Positions 22,125-32,566 of a DNA stretch of 64,000 nt are shown here, in pieces. Source of the DNA: an uncultured Verrucomicrobiae bacterium (lineage in GTDB: Bacteria > Verrucomicrobiota > Verrucomicrobiia > Chthoniobacterales > Chthoniobacteraceae); NCBI GenBank assembly GCA_963769025.1, contig CAVYKI010000009.1:416001-480000 (forward strand). The letters are read 5' to 3'. Each line of letters opens with the position of its first letter. Within the stretch, counting starts at the first letter, position 1. Both the position numbers and the translations under genes were made by a program. The notes below the pieces were generated by a model that saw only the letters and a program-made list of their open reading frames with translations, was not told where the DNA came from and searched no databases.

Positions 22125-25100
22125 ATGTCGCACACCCGCCTCTTTCCACTCGTCATCGCGTTCACGCTCGTTTGCACCGGAATCGCCCCGGCGCAGAGAC
22201 CTGAAACTCCCGCTTTTTCACCGCTCGGTGTCTCATTGCTCGACGGTGCTGCTTTTGCGCAATGGCTCGAAGGCAAGGAATCGCCCGTCCCCGGGGAGCC
22301 GCCCAAAGGCGGGCCGCAGGCGGTGGTGTGGACTTCGACAGGGAAGCCGGAATTCCGCGGGGTGAAATTTGGCGAAGGGCGCGAAGCGGGCGTGCGGCAT
22401 TTGCGGATCGGCTTTGCGCAACCGGTCGCGGTGGGCAGCGTGCTGGTGCGCGGCGGCGGGACGCTGAGCGTGCTCAAGCCGGACGCGGCGTATCCCGGCG
22501 ATCTCGCGGATGACGCGCAGTGGCAGCCTGCGGAACGGCTCGCCGGCGATGCGGCGTCGCGCGCGGAAGTTGGACAATGGCGGCTATCGCGCTGTGGACG
22601 TTGCCGCCGGGAACGCAGACGCGCGCGCTGCGTTTCAGCCATGTGCCTGCGCCGGGCGATCGCGAGATGGCGGGGTGGCTCGGCGGCGTGTGGCTATTGC
22701 CGGAGCGGCTGGGCAACGTGGCCCCGCAGGCGCTCGCGCAATCGAGCGCGCGCGACGACGCCTCGGCGAAGCTGGTGGACGGGAAGCACAACGACTGGCG
22801 CACGTGGGACAATGGCGAGACAGGGCGCGGCGCTGCCGGTTTCGGCGGAGCATCCGGAGGTCGTCACGCTCACGTGGCCGAAGCCCGTGCGGCTCGACGG
22901 GCTCTGCCTGTGTGGGCCGGCTTTCGCGCCGTGGAGGTGGATGCCTTCACCGGCGGAGCCGATGAAAATGTGCGCGAAGCGGCCGCCGGGAAATGGCGGC
23001 GCGTCGCGGAGAAGCGCGACATGGATTCGCTTTATCCGCTGCCGCTCGGGCCGCATTGGCTGGCGTTTTCCGCAGCCGTGGAGACGCGCGCGATGCGTCT
23101 GCGGATCACCGGCGGCGCGAAGTCCACGCACCCGCACCTCGCCAGACAAGGTAAAGGAAGGCCGCCGCGTGTGGCTCGGCGAAGTGCTGGCGCTCGCGCC
23201 GCTGAAGGATGCGGCCCTGACGTCGCTCGTCCTGCCGAAAAGCGGCCGAGGAGCCGCCGCCGATCCCGGTGAAGTTCACGCTGCCGGAAGCCGGGCTCGT
23301 GACGCTCGTGATCGAGGACATGCAGAATCACCGCGTGCGAAATCTGGTGAGCGAGACTCCATTTCCCGCCGGCGAAAACATCGCGTGGTGGGATGGCAGC
23401 GACGACCTTTTGCGCGATCCCGAGGCGGCGAAGCACGGCGTTTACAACATCCCCACGCGGCCGGTCGCGCCCGGCAATTACAAGGTCCGCGGACTGTGGC
23501 GCCGGCCCGTGAAGCTGCACTACGAATTCAGCATCTACAACGCGGGCAAGCCGGCTTGGACCACGGCTGACAACACCGGCTGCTGGATGACCACGCACAC
23601 GCCGCCCACGAGCGTGGCCACGGTGCCCGGCAGCCGCACGGCGGACGGACAGCCGCTCGTCTTCATCGGCGCGTACGTCGCCGAGGGCGGGCACGGTCTG
23701 CAATGGCTGCACGAGGACGGCACGAAGCTCGGCGGGCAAGGCTGGGTCGGCGGCACCTGGACCGGCGCACCGACGCTCGCAGTCGATGGTGGCAGCGCGG
23801 CAATCGCGGACCATCTCTGCTACGTCGGTTCGGTGTGGGATGGCGAACTGCGCCTCACGGCGAAGACGCGTGGGCTGGAGGACAAGCCGATCTTCAAGGC
23901 GCAACTTGGCAGCGATCCGCGAATCAAGAAACCGTCCGATGGCGAGAAACCTGCTGAGTTGGAAGGCTTCGACGGCGGCGAGAAAACGTATGTGCTCGCC
24001 GGCATCGCCGCGCGCGATGGGATCCTCGTCTGCTCGATGGTCCGGCAGAATGAGCTGCTCTTCGTGGATGCGAAGGCGGGCCGCATCGCCGGACGTGCGC
24101 CGGTGGAGAATCCGCGCGGCGTGGCCTTCGATGCGCGCGGCCGCCTGCTCGTGCTCAGCGGCACGAAGCTCCTGCGCTTTCCGGCACTGAACTCCGCCGA
24201 ACCCGCAGCGCTCGGAAAGCCGGAGGTCGTCATCGCGAGCGGACTCGACGATCCGCGGCACGTCATCGCCGACGCGGCGGGGAACTTTCTGCATCAGCGA
24301 TCGCGGCCAGTCGCATCAGGTGAAAGTCTTCTCGCCTGCGGGCAAGCTGCTGCGCGCCATCGGCAAACCCGGCGCGCCCGGCGTCGGCCCGTACGACCGG
24401 ACGCAGCTGAACAATCCGAACGGACTCGCGCTCGATTCGCAGGGCCGGCTTTGGGTCGCCGAGGCGGACAATCATCCGCGCCGCGTCTCGGTCTGGACGC
24501 CGAAGGGCGAACTCGTGCGCGCGTTCTACGGCCCCACGGAATACGGCGGCGGCGGCGTGCTCGATCCGCAGGATGCGTCGCGGTTCTTTTACAAGGGCAT
24601 GGAGTTCCGGCTCGATTGGAAGGCGGGACGCGATGAGCTCGTGCGCGTCTTCGCGCGGCCCGATCCGCTGCTGGACGCGCATGGCGGACACTATTCGCCG
24701 GACACGCCGCTGTATCCCGAGGCGCGAAGCGGCACGCGCTATTTCACGAGTTGCTACACGCACAATCCGACGGGCGGCGATCATGTCGCGTTCGTCTGGC
24801 GCGATGACGGCACGCGTGCGCACCTCGTCGCGGCGCTGGGCAACGCGCATTCGTGGGCTGTGCTGCAGGACAGCGGAATTCCGCGCAATCTGGCCGGAAG
24901 GCACGAAGCCGGAGGAGGAGAATCCGAAGCCCGAGCACCTCGCCACTTTCACATGGACCGATGCGAACGGCGACGGACGTCCGCAGCCGTGACGAGGTGC
25001 GGATGCTGAAAGGCCAGTCGCGCGGCGTGACGGTGATGAACGACTTGTCGTTCGTCGTCGCGCGGTTCGACGGGATGACCGCGCGGTTTTCGCCGACGGG

Positions 25101-26466
25101 CTTCGATGCCAAAGGCGCGCCGCGCTACGATCTCGCGAAGGCGGAGAAGCTCGGTCCTGCCGGCGGGCAGCCGCCATCGAGCGGCGGCGATCAGGCGCTG
25201 ACTGAAGCGGGCGGCTGGACGGTCACCACCAATGCGGTCGCGCCATTTTCGCCGTATGGCCTCGGCGGCACTTTCCACGGCGAGCCGCGCTGGAGCTATC
25301 CGAGCGCGTGGCCCGGACTGCACGCGAGCCACGAGGCCGCGGTGCCGGATCGCCCGGGCATGGTCGTCGGCCACACGCGGCTGCTCGGCGGATGGGTGAA
25401 GCCGGCGGGCGAGGCGGGCCCGATGTTCTGCATCAACGGCAACATGGGAAACATGTATCTCTTCACGGCCGACGGGCTGTTCGTTGCGCACGCTCTTCAA
25501 CGACATCCGCCTGCGCCCGAACTGGGCGGCGCCAGTCGCCATCCGCAACATGGATGTGACGGATGTCTCGCTGCACGACGAGAATTTCTGGCCGAGCATC
25601 ACGCAGACGCCCGATGGCCGCGTCTTCCTCGTCGACGGCGGACGCACCAGCCTCGTCCGCGTGGACGGGCTCGACTCGGTGCAAACGCCTCCCGGAACAA
25701 ACGATCACCGTCACCGCCGACCGATCTCGAACGGGCGCGCGACTGGTTCGCCAGCGCCGAGACGGCCCGGCAGCAGGCGCGCGGCAGCGGCATCCTCGGC
25801 GTGCCGCTGCGCAAGCAGCCGCCGCAGGTGGACGGCAAGCTCGACGACTGGCCGGCGACCACCGATTGGGCCGCGATCGATCGCCGCGGCACGAAGGCGA
25901 ACTTCAACAGCAACTCGCGCCCGTACGACGTGAGCGCCGCCGTCTGCGTGAGCGGCGACCGGCTTTTCGCCGCATGGCGCACGACGGAAAAGGATCTGCT
26001 CAACAACAGCGGCGAGACGCCGAACGCGCTCTTCAAGACCGGCGGCTGCCTCGACCTCATGCTGCAGGCCGACACGGATGAGCGCCTGCTCGTCACGCTC
26101 GTGAAAGGCAAGCCGCGTGCGATGCTCTACCGCGCGAAGGTTCCCGGCACGACGCAGCCCGTCGCCTTCAGCAGCCCGTGGCGGACGATCAACATCGATG
26201 TCGTGGAAGACGTGACCGCACAGGTGGCATTCGCGACGGATGGCAGCGGCAACTTTGAAATCAGCATCCCGCTGCAAACGCTCCATTGGCAGCCCAAGCC
26301 CGGCGATACGGTCCGCGCCGATCTCGGCGTGCTGCGCGGTTCGAACTGCCAGACCACGCAGCGGGTCTACTGGGCCAACAAAGCCACCGCCATCACCGCC
26401 GACGTGCCGAGCGAGGCCGAACTCACACCCAAGCTCTGGGGGAAGTGGCGGGTTCTATCCGAATGA
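22125..26466 (+). CDS. Large secreted multidomain protein (FlgD-like Ig, NHL/beta-propeller, CBM9-like C-terminus); about ten frameshifts
   Basis: Signal peptide; FTLPEAGLVTLVIED...VRNL...WDG; NPRGVAFD and NPNGLALD repeats; VDGKLDDWP and FEISIPL. Protein-like sequence alternates among the three frames. Confidence 0.8.
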
Positions 26467-27503
26467 ACAACGAGCCCGTCTCATCGTACCCGCCGCCGCT
26501 CCTCAACCGCGTCCGTGATGCTCAGCGCGCTTGTCTGCGCGGAGTGTGCATTGCGATCGCGTTGGTCCTGATGGGGGCGATTTCATGTCGCGCCAGCGCT
26601 GCAGAGGGCGGAAAATTCACGTTCACTGTGCTGAACGTCCCCGATGTCCAGCGCGGGGCCGGTCTCGCGATTGTCCTGCAAATGCCCGGCGGTAAGACCT
26701 GGCTGTACGACACGGGATCCGGTTATCCGGCAGAGAACGGCTGGGCGGGAGATTTCAATGCGGGGCGTGATCTCATTGTTCCGTTTTTGAAGGAGCGGGG
26801 AGTCACCGAACTCGCGGGGGTGTTGATGAGCCACGCGCACTACGACCACTTCGGCGGACTCATCTGGCTCAAGGATAATTTCCCCATCGGGAAGCTTATT
26901 GACTCGGGTTACGAATTTGCCGGCGCGAGCAATGCGGAATATTCCTCCGAACTGCGGCACTATTCACGGCTGCGCGCGGATTTCCAGCAGCGCGGAAAAC
27001 ACCTTGCGGCTCGCGCCGGTGACGCACTGAAACTGGACGACGCGCTCGAGATCGAAGTGATTGCTCCGCCGAAGGACTTCTTCAAAAACCCCGAGGGCGC
27101 GGTGCGCGCGCCGAACGATGGCCCGGCGCATTACCTTGTGAATGCAAATTCGCTGGGCATTCGGATCCGGCACGGCAGCGTCGTCTTTTACCTGCCGGGT
27201 GACATCCAGACGGAGGACATCGACCGGAGTCTGCTGCCGTTTGTCGATCACGCGAAAATCAAATGCAACGTGCTTGTCGCGCCTGGGCACGGTATTCATG
27301 GGTCGAAGGCGTTTGCCGAGGCGACGCGCCCGGAGGTCTCCATCGCGAGCGTGTTTCCGCGGTATGCGCGCGGATTGAAGAGCACTCCGGAGCTCAAGGC
27401 CGTCGGTGCGAAGACATACATCACGGGGATCCACGGGTGGGTGCAGGTCGTCTCCGACGGCAAGAGCTACACCGTCACCGCAGAGCATCCCGACGCGAAA
27501 TGA
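26463..27503 (+). CDS. Metallo-beta-lactamase fold protein, ComEC/Rec2-like
   Basis: LYDTG, SHAHYDHFGG, NANSL, PGDI, APGHG; ATGA overlap with the upstream gene. Confidence 0.85.
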   Translation: MNNEPVSSYPPPLLNRVRDAQRACLRGVCIAIALVLMGAISCRASAAEGGKFTFTVLNVPDVQRGAGLAIVLQMPGGKTWLYDTGSGYPAENGWAGDFNAGRDLIVPFLKERGVTELAGVLMSHAHYDHFGGLIWLKDNFPIGKLIDSGYEFAGASNAEYSSELRHYSRLRADFQQRGKHLAARAGDALKLDDALEIEVIAPPKDFFKNPEGAVRAPNDGPAHYLVNANSLGIRIRHGSVVFYLPGDIQTEDIDRSLLPFVDHAKIKCNVLVAPGHGIHGSKAFAEATRPEVSIASVFPRYARGLKSTPELKAVGAKTYITGIHGWVQVVSDGKSYTVTAEHPDAK

Positions 27504-27626
27504 ATCCGCAGGGGGAACCGCTCAAGGACGCCGGCCCGAACGGTGAACACCGTGGCCCCGCCGCTTTCCAAGAGAAGTTCGTGAATGATCAACTTTCATC
27601 AATCCACCCAACAACGTCATCACCCC

Positions 27627-29078
27627 ATGTCCCCCCGAAAATTCCTCCACCTTACAGCGGTTGCCATCCTTGCCATTCTATCCGAAGCGGGCGCTGCAGA
27701 GACTCCGGCGGCAAAATTCCGCGCGGGTGCCGCGATGAGCAACATCACGCCGAATCTCGACTCGGGGATTATCGGCGGCTTTGTGCCGTTTCCGGCGTCG
27801 CAAGTGCACGACGAGCTGCATGCGCGCTGCCTCGTGCTCGACGATGGCAAGACGATGCTTGCCTTCGTCGTGTGCGATTTGCTCGGCATTCACCGGAGCG
27901 TGAGCATCGAGGCGCGGAAGCAGATTCAGGAGGCGACCGGCATTCCGCCGGAGCGTGTGATGATCTCGGGCACGCACACCCATTCCGCCGCGAGTGCGCT
28001 GGGAGAATTGCGCTACACGTCCGAGCAGCCGCTCGATGAGTACCAGCGCTTCGTCGCGCGCCGGATCGCGGATGGCGTGCGGCGCGCGATTGGCGTCCTG
28101 CGTCCCGCTGAGATTGCATTTGGCACCGCGGAGGCGCCGGAGCACGTGTTCAACCGCCGCTGGTTCATGCGCGAGGGCACGGTGCCGCTGAATCCTTTCG
28201 GCAAAGTGGACAAGGTGAAGATGAACCCTCCCGGCGGCAGTCCGAACCTCACGGAACCGGCCGGCCCGACCGATCCCACGGTTTCCTTCATCGCGCTGCG
28301 CGAGCCCGGCGGAAAGCTGATCTCCATCTTCTCCGCCTACTCGTTGCACTACGTCGGCGGCGTCGGGAACGGGCATATCTCTGCCGATTACTACGGGATG
28401 TATTGCGAGGCGCTGAAAAGGCTGCAGCACGCGGAGGACAACGACCCGCCATTTGTCGCGTTGATGGCGAATGGCACGAGCGGTGACGTGAACAACATCA
28501 ACTTCCGCACGCCGCGCGCGGGCAAGGCGCCCTACGCGCAGATGCGCTACGTCGCCGAGGACGTGGCAAGGAAGGTGAGCGATGCGCTGGCGGGCGTGAC
28601 TTGGAAGGATCACGCGGAACTCGATGCTCGTTACCGCGAATTGCGGCTCTCATGGCGCAAGATCGAGCCCGAACTGCTCGCGTGGGCAAAGGAGAAGCAG
28701 GCAATCGCGACAGGCAGTCCGGCGAAGGGCGACCTGCCCGTCATCTACGCCGGTCGCGTCGAGCGCCTATCGCAGGCGACCGATCCCGCGCTCGTGCCGC
28801 TCCAGGCGTTTCGCGTCGGCGACATCGGCATCGGCACTTCGCCCTGCGAGACGTTTACAGAGACGGGACTCGAGTTTAAGAAGCGCAGCCCCTTCGCGCA
28901 CTCATTCATGGTCGAGCTGAACCACGGCTACATGGGCTACCTGCCCACGCCGCGTCACTTCGAACTCGGCGGCTACGAGACGTGGGCCGGCACGAACTAT
29001 CTCGAACCCGAAGCCTCGGTGAAGATGCTCGACGCGCTGCTGGAGATGACCGCGGAGCTCTCACCGAAGGCCCGATGA
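27627..29078 (+). CDS. Neutral/alkaline ceramidase N-terminal-domain family hydrolase
   Basis: AGAAMSNITP, HDELHARCLVLDDG, THTHSA, FNRRW, YSLHY, GGYE. Confidence 0.85.
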   Translation: MSPRKFLHLTAVAILAILSEAGAAETPAAKFRAGAAMSNITPNLDSGIIGGFVPFPASQVHDELHARCLVLDDGKTMLAFVVCDLLGIHRSVSIEARKQIQEATGIPPERVMISGTHTHSAASALGELRYTSEQPLDEYQRFVARRIADGVRRAIGVLRPAEIAFGTAEAPEHVFNRRWFMREGTVPLNPFGKVDKVKMNPPGGSPNLTEPAGPTDPTVSFIALREPGGKLISIFSAYSLHYVGGVGNGHISADYYGMYCEALKRLQHAEDNDPPFVALMANGTSGDVNNINFRTPRAGKAPYAQMRYVAEDVARKVSDALAGVTWKDHAELDARYRELRLSWRKIEPELLAWAKEKQAIATGSPAKGDLPVIYAGRVERLSQATDPALVPLQAFRVGDIGIGTSPCETFTETGLEFKKRSPFAHSFMVELNHGYMGYLPTPRHFELGGYETWAGTNYLEPEASVKMLDALLEMTAELSPKAR

Positions 29079-29164
29079 TCGCAGGTCCGGGACGCTGAAC
29101 GCATTTCGAACTGTTTTTCGCTGGAATTGCCGCGCGGGGGCGCAATGTTCGCCGCCCTTTGAAA

Positions 29165-30481
29165 ATGGACGACAGCCAACTCCCGACGCGCGAACTCTAC
29201 GACCGGCATGTGATTCCGACCTACGGCCGCTTTGACCTGCGCCTGGCGCGCGGGCGCGGCTGCGAGGTGTGGGATGAGGACGGAAAGCGGTATCTGGATT
29301 TCGGCGCGGGCATCGCGGTGACGAGCATCGGGCATGCGCACCCGCGGGTCGTGCGCGTGTTGCAGGAGCAGGTGGCGACGCTCGTGCATACGTCGAACCT
29401 CTATTTTACACGCCCGCAGGCGATCCTCGCGGCGCGGCTGGTGCGCCTCGTGGGTGCCGGCGGGAAGGTGTTCTTTTGCAACTCCGGCGCGGAGGCGAAC
29501 GAGGCGCTCTACAAGCTGGCGCGGAAATTCGGCAACGACGGCGCGCAGCCGCCGCCGAAGCACACGGTCGGCGAATTGGTGCAGAGGGAACAGGCGCGCA
29601 TCGGGATCGTGACGATGCTCGGGAGCTTTCATGGCCGGACGCTCGCGGGCATTTCCGCGACCGGGCAGGAGAAGGTGAAGAAGGGATTCGAGCCGATGGT
29701 CGAGGGATTCCGGCACGTGCCGTTCAACGACATCGCCGTGCTGCAGGAGACGGTGGATGCGCCGGGGACCGTCGCGGTGCTCATCGAGCCGGTGCAGGGC
29801 GAGAGCGGCGTGCATCCGGCGGACGCGGAGTTCTTGCGCGCGGCGCGGCGGCTGTGCGACGAACGGGACCTGCTGCTCATGTTTGACGAAGTGCAGTGCG
29901 GCCTCGGCCGGACGGGCGGATGGTGCGGCTGGAAGAGCATCGCGCCGGACGTGATGCCGGACGCCGTGAGCTGGGCCAAGGGCATCGCGGGCGGCTTCCC
30001 GCTCGGCGCGATCTGGGTGAGCGAGCGCGAGGTGAAGCTGAAGGACGGAACGTCGAAGAAGCTGTGCGACGTGCTCGGGCCTGGCACCCATGGGACGACC
30101 TTTGGCGGGACGCCGCTCGTGTGCGCGGGTGCGAACGAAGTGCTGGCGGTGATCGAGGAGGAAGGGATGCTGCAGAATGCATCGGTGATCGGCGCTCACG
30201 CACTTGAGGTGCTGCGCGCGATTCCTTCGCCGCTGATCAAGGAAGTGCGAGGCTTGGGCCTGATGATCGGCATCGAGCTTGCCACGGATTTTGAGGCGCG
30301 GGCAAAAGTGCCTGCGGGAAAAGCGCCGAGCCTCTGGCTGGTCGAGCGTCTGCACGAGGCGGGCCTGCTCACGATCCCGAGCGGCACGCACGCGCTCCGC
30401 TGGCTGCCGGCGCTGAACGTAACGCGTGCGGAGATCGACGAGGCAGCGGCGATTCTCGCGCGCGTGCTGGGCGCACTGTGA
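29165..30481 (+). CDS. argD: Acetylornithine aminotransferase (class III PLP)
   Basis: YLDFGAGIAV, HTSNLY, FCNSGAEANE, SFHGRT, EPVQGESG, FDEVQCG, AKGIAGG, HGTTFGG. Confidence 0.9.
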   Translation: MDDSQLPTRELYDRHVIPTYGRFDLRLARGRGCEVWDEDGKRYLDFGAGIAVTSIGHAHPRVVRVLQEQVATLVHTSNLYFTRPQAILAARLVRLVGAGGKVFFCNSGAEANEALYKLARKFGNDGAQPPPKHTVGELVQREQARIGIVTMLGSFHGRTLAGISATGQEKVKKGFEPMVEGFRHVPFNDIAVLQETVDAPGTVAVLIEPVQGESGVHPADAEFLRAARRLCDERDLLLMFDEVQCGLGRTGGWCGWKSIAPDVMPDAVSWAKGIAGGFPLGAIWVSEREVKLKDGTSKKLCDVLGPGTHGTTFGGTPLVCAGANEVLAVIEEEGMLQNASVIGAHALEVLRAIPSPLIKEVRGLGLMIGIELATDFEARAKVPAGKAPSLWLVERLHEAGLLTIPSGTHALRWLPALNVTRAEIDEAAAILARVLGAL

Positions 30482-30527
30482 GCGCGGAGGTTGCGGGGCG
30501 CGGTGTTCCGGCCTATTCGTCGTGCCG

Positions 30528-31502
30528 ATGAAAACCTCTCTCCCGTTGTCCGTGATTTTGGTGAGCGCGATGAGCGTTGCGTTCGCCGCCGATCCTGCGC
30601 CGCCCGAGGGCATGGTGCTCATCAAGGGGGGCACATTTTCCATGGGCAGCAATGACGGCGCGAGCGATGAGAAGCCGGTGCACGAGGTGAAGCTGAAGCC
30701 GTTTTTCATGGACCGCACCGAAGTGACGAATGCGCAGTTCGAGGAGTTCGTGAAGGCGACGAAATACGTGACGACGGCCGAGCGCGTGCTGACCTCGAAG
30801 GACATCCCGGGGCTGCTGCCGGAATTTGAGGGCAAGACGATGGGGCTGTGCTTCCGTGCGCCGAAGGGCGAGGTGGATTTGCGGAACACCGGGGCGTGGT
30901 GGCTGCCGGTCTTTGGCGCGAACTGGCGGCATCCCGACGGCCCGGAGACGGACCTGAAGGGTCGCGAGAATCATCCCGTCGTGCATGTGTCGTGGGACGA
31001 CGCGATGGCGTATTGCAAATGGGCGGGCAAGCGGCTGCCGACGGAGGCCGAGTGGGAATACGCGTCGCGAGGCGGACTCGATGGCTCGCGGTATGTCTGG
31101 GGCAATGAATTCAATCCCGGCGGGAAATGGATGGCGAACACGTGGCAGGGGAAGTTTCCCGAAGCAAACAGCGGCGAGGATGGGTACAAAAACACTGCGC
31201 CCGTGGGCACCTATCAGCCGAATGGATTCGGACTTTTCGACATGGCGGGCAACGTGTGGGAGTGGTGCTCGGACTGGTACCTGCCGGAGTATTACGCGCG
31301 CTCGCCGAAGGAAAATCCGCAGGGGCCGGACACGAGTTTCGATCCCGATGAGCCGGGCATCATGAAGCGGGTGACCCGCGGCGGTTCGTGGATGTGCGCT
31401 GAAAATTATTGCCGCGGCTACCGTCCGGCGATGCGCATGAAGGTCGCGCCGGACACTGAATTTCAGAACACGGGCTTCCGTTGCGTGAAGGACTTGCCGT
31501 GA
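30528..31502 (+). CDS. Formylglycine-generating enzyme (SUMF1-type) with intact catalytic motif and signal peptide
   Basis: EVTNAQF, HPVVHVSWDDA, RLPTEAEWEY, DMAGNVWEW, RGGSWMCAENYCRGYR, GFRC. Confidence 0.92.
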   Translation: MKTSLPLSVILVSAMSVAFAADPAPPEGMVLIKGGTFSMGSNDGASDEKPVHEVKLKPFFMDRTEVTNAQFEEFVKATKYVTTAERVLTSKDIPGLLPEFEGKTMGLCFRAPKGEVDLRNTGAWWLPVFGANWRHPDGPETDLKGRENHPVVHVSWDDAMAYCKWAGKRLPTEAEWEYASRGGLDGSRYVWGNEFNPGGKWMANTWQGKFPEANSGEDGYKNTAPVGTYQPNGFGLFDMAGNVWEWCSDWYLPEYYARSPKENPQGPDTSFDPDEPGIMKRVTRGGSWMCAENYCRGYRPAMRMKVAPDTEFQNTGFRCVKDLP

Positions 31503-32566
31503 GCGAACCGGCGGACACTGCACGCGCGGCCCGACGAACGGGATTCATTTTCGCCGGTATCGTCGTCGCAGCGGTGACGATGGTGACGGTGTGGCTGGTG
31601 CCGGAGGGGATGCGCATCGCCCGGAACCGCGACACGCGGCTGGCGGAGGCACGTGCGGGCAGCGACATGGTGCGCGTGGCGGGCGGGGCATTCACGATGG
31701 GCGCGAATGACGGCGCGCAGGACGAGCAGCCGCTGCACGATGTGAGGGTGAGCGCGTTTTGGATGGATCGCACGGAGGTCACAAACGAGGAGTTCGAGCG
31801 CTTCGCGAAGGCGACAGGGCACATCACGACCGCGGAATTGCCGCCTCAGGGCGGGCCTGAGGGCAGCTTGGCGATGGAGCAACGGCAGGCGGGCTCGTGG
31901 TGTTTCCAGCCCGGCCCTGATGCGCAGGCGTCAGTTCGAAGGACTTGGCTCGCTTTCGTCCCCGGAGCGAGCTGGCGCAGGCCACGCGGTCCGGGTTCGG
32001 ACATCGCGGGGCGGGGGAGATTCCCGGTCGTGCACGTCAGTCACGACGACGCGGTCGCCTACTGCAAATGGGCGCGCAAGCGCCTGCCGACCGAGGCGGA
32101 GTGGGAGTGCGCCTCGCGCGGCGCGAGGATTCTCACGCGCTATCCGTGGGGCAATGATGTCCGGGGTGAGAATGGGACGTGGATGGCGAACACCTGGCAG
32201 GGAGCATTTCCGGCGAAGGATGAGGCGTTGGACGGTTTCGCGGGGCTTGCGCCTGTTGCGAGATTTCCCGCGAATGGATCGGGACTGCACGACCTCGCGG
32301 GCAACGTCGCCGAGTGGTGTGCGGACTGGTACCAGCACGACTATTACGCGCAGCTCCGGCCGGATCCGAATCGCGCGGCGCATCGCAACCCGCGCGGACC
32401 GGAGGTGAGCACCGATCCGGCCGAGCCCGGCGTGTGGAAGCGCGTCGTGCGCGGCGGATCGTGGCTGAGCGACGCCGTCGCGTGCCGCGTCTCGGTGCGC
32501 GGGCGCGAGGCCCCCGGGTTCAGCGCGGAATGGATCGGTTTCCGATGCGTGAAGGACGCCCAATGA
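31499..32566 (+). CDS. FGE-sulfatase-domain paralogue, membrane-anchored, lacking the CxxxxC pair
   Basis: N-terminal TM; RLPTEAEWE, GNVAEW, RGGSWLSDAVACR, GFRC; GTGA overlap with the upstream gene. Confidence 0.9.
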   Translation: MSEPADTARAARRTGFIFAGIVVAAVTMVTVWLVPEGMRIARNRDTRLAEARAGSDMVRVAGGAFTMGANDGAQDEQPLHDVRVSAFWMDRTEVTNEEFERFAKATGHITTAELPPQGGPEGSLAMEQRQAGSWCFQPGPDAQASVRRTWLAFVPGASWRRPRGPGSDIAGRGRFPVVHVSHDDAVAYCKWARKRLPTEAEWECASRGARILTRYPWGNDVRGENGTWMANTWQGAFPAKDEALDGFAGLAPVARFPANGSGLHDLAGNVAEWCADWYQHDYYAQLRPDPNRAAHRNPRGPEVSTDPAEPGVWKRVVRGGSWLSDAVACRVSVRGREAPGFSAEWIGFRCVKDAQ

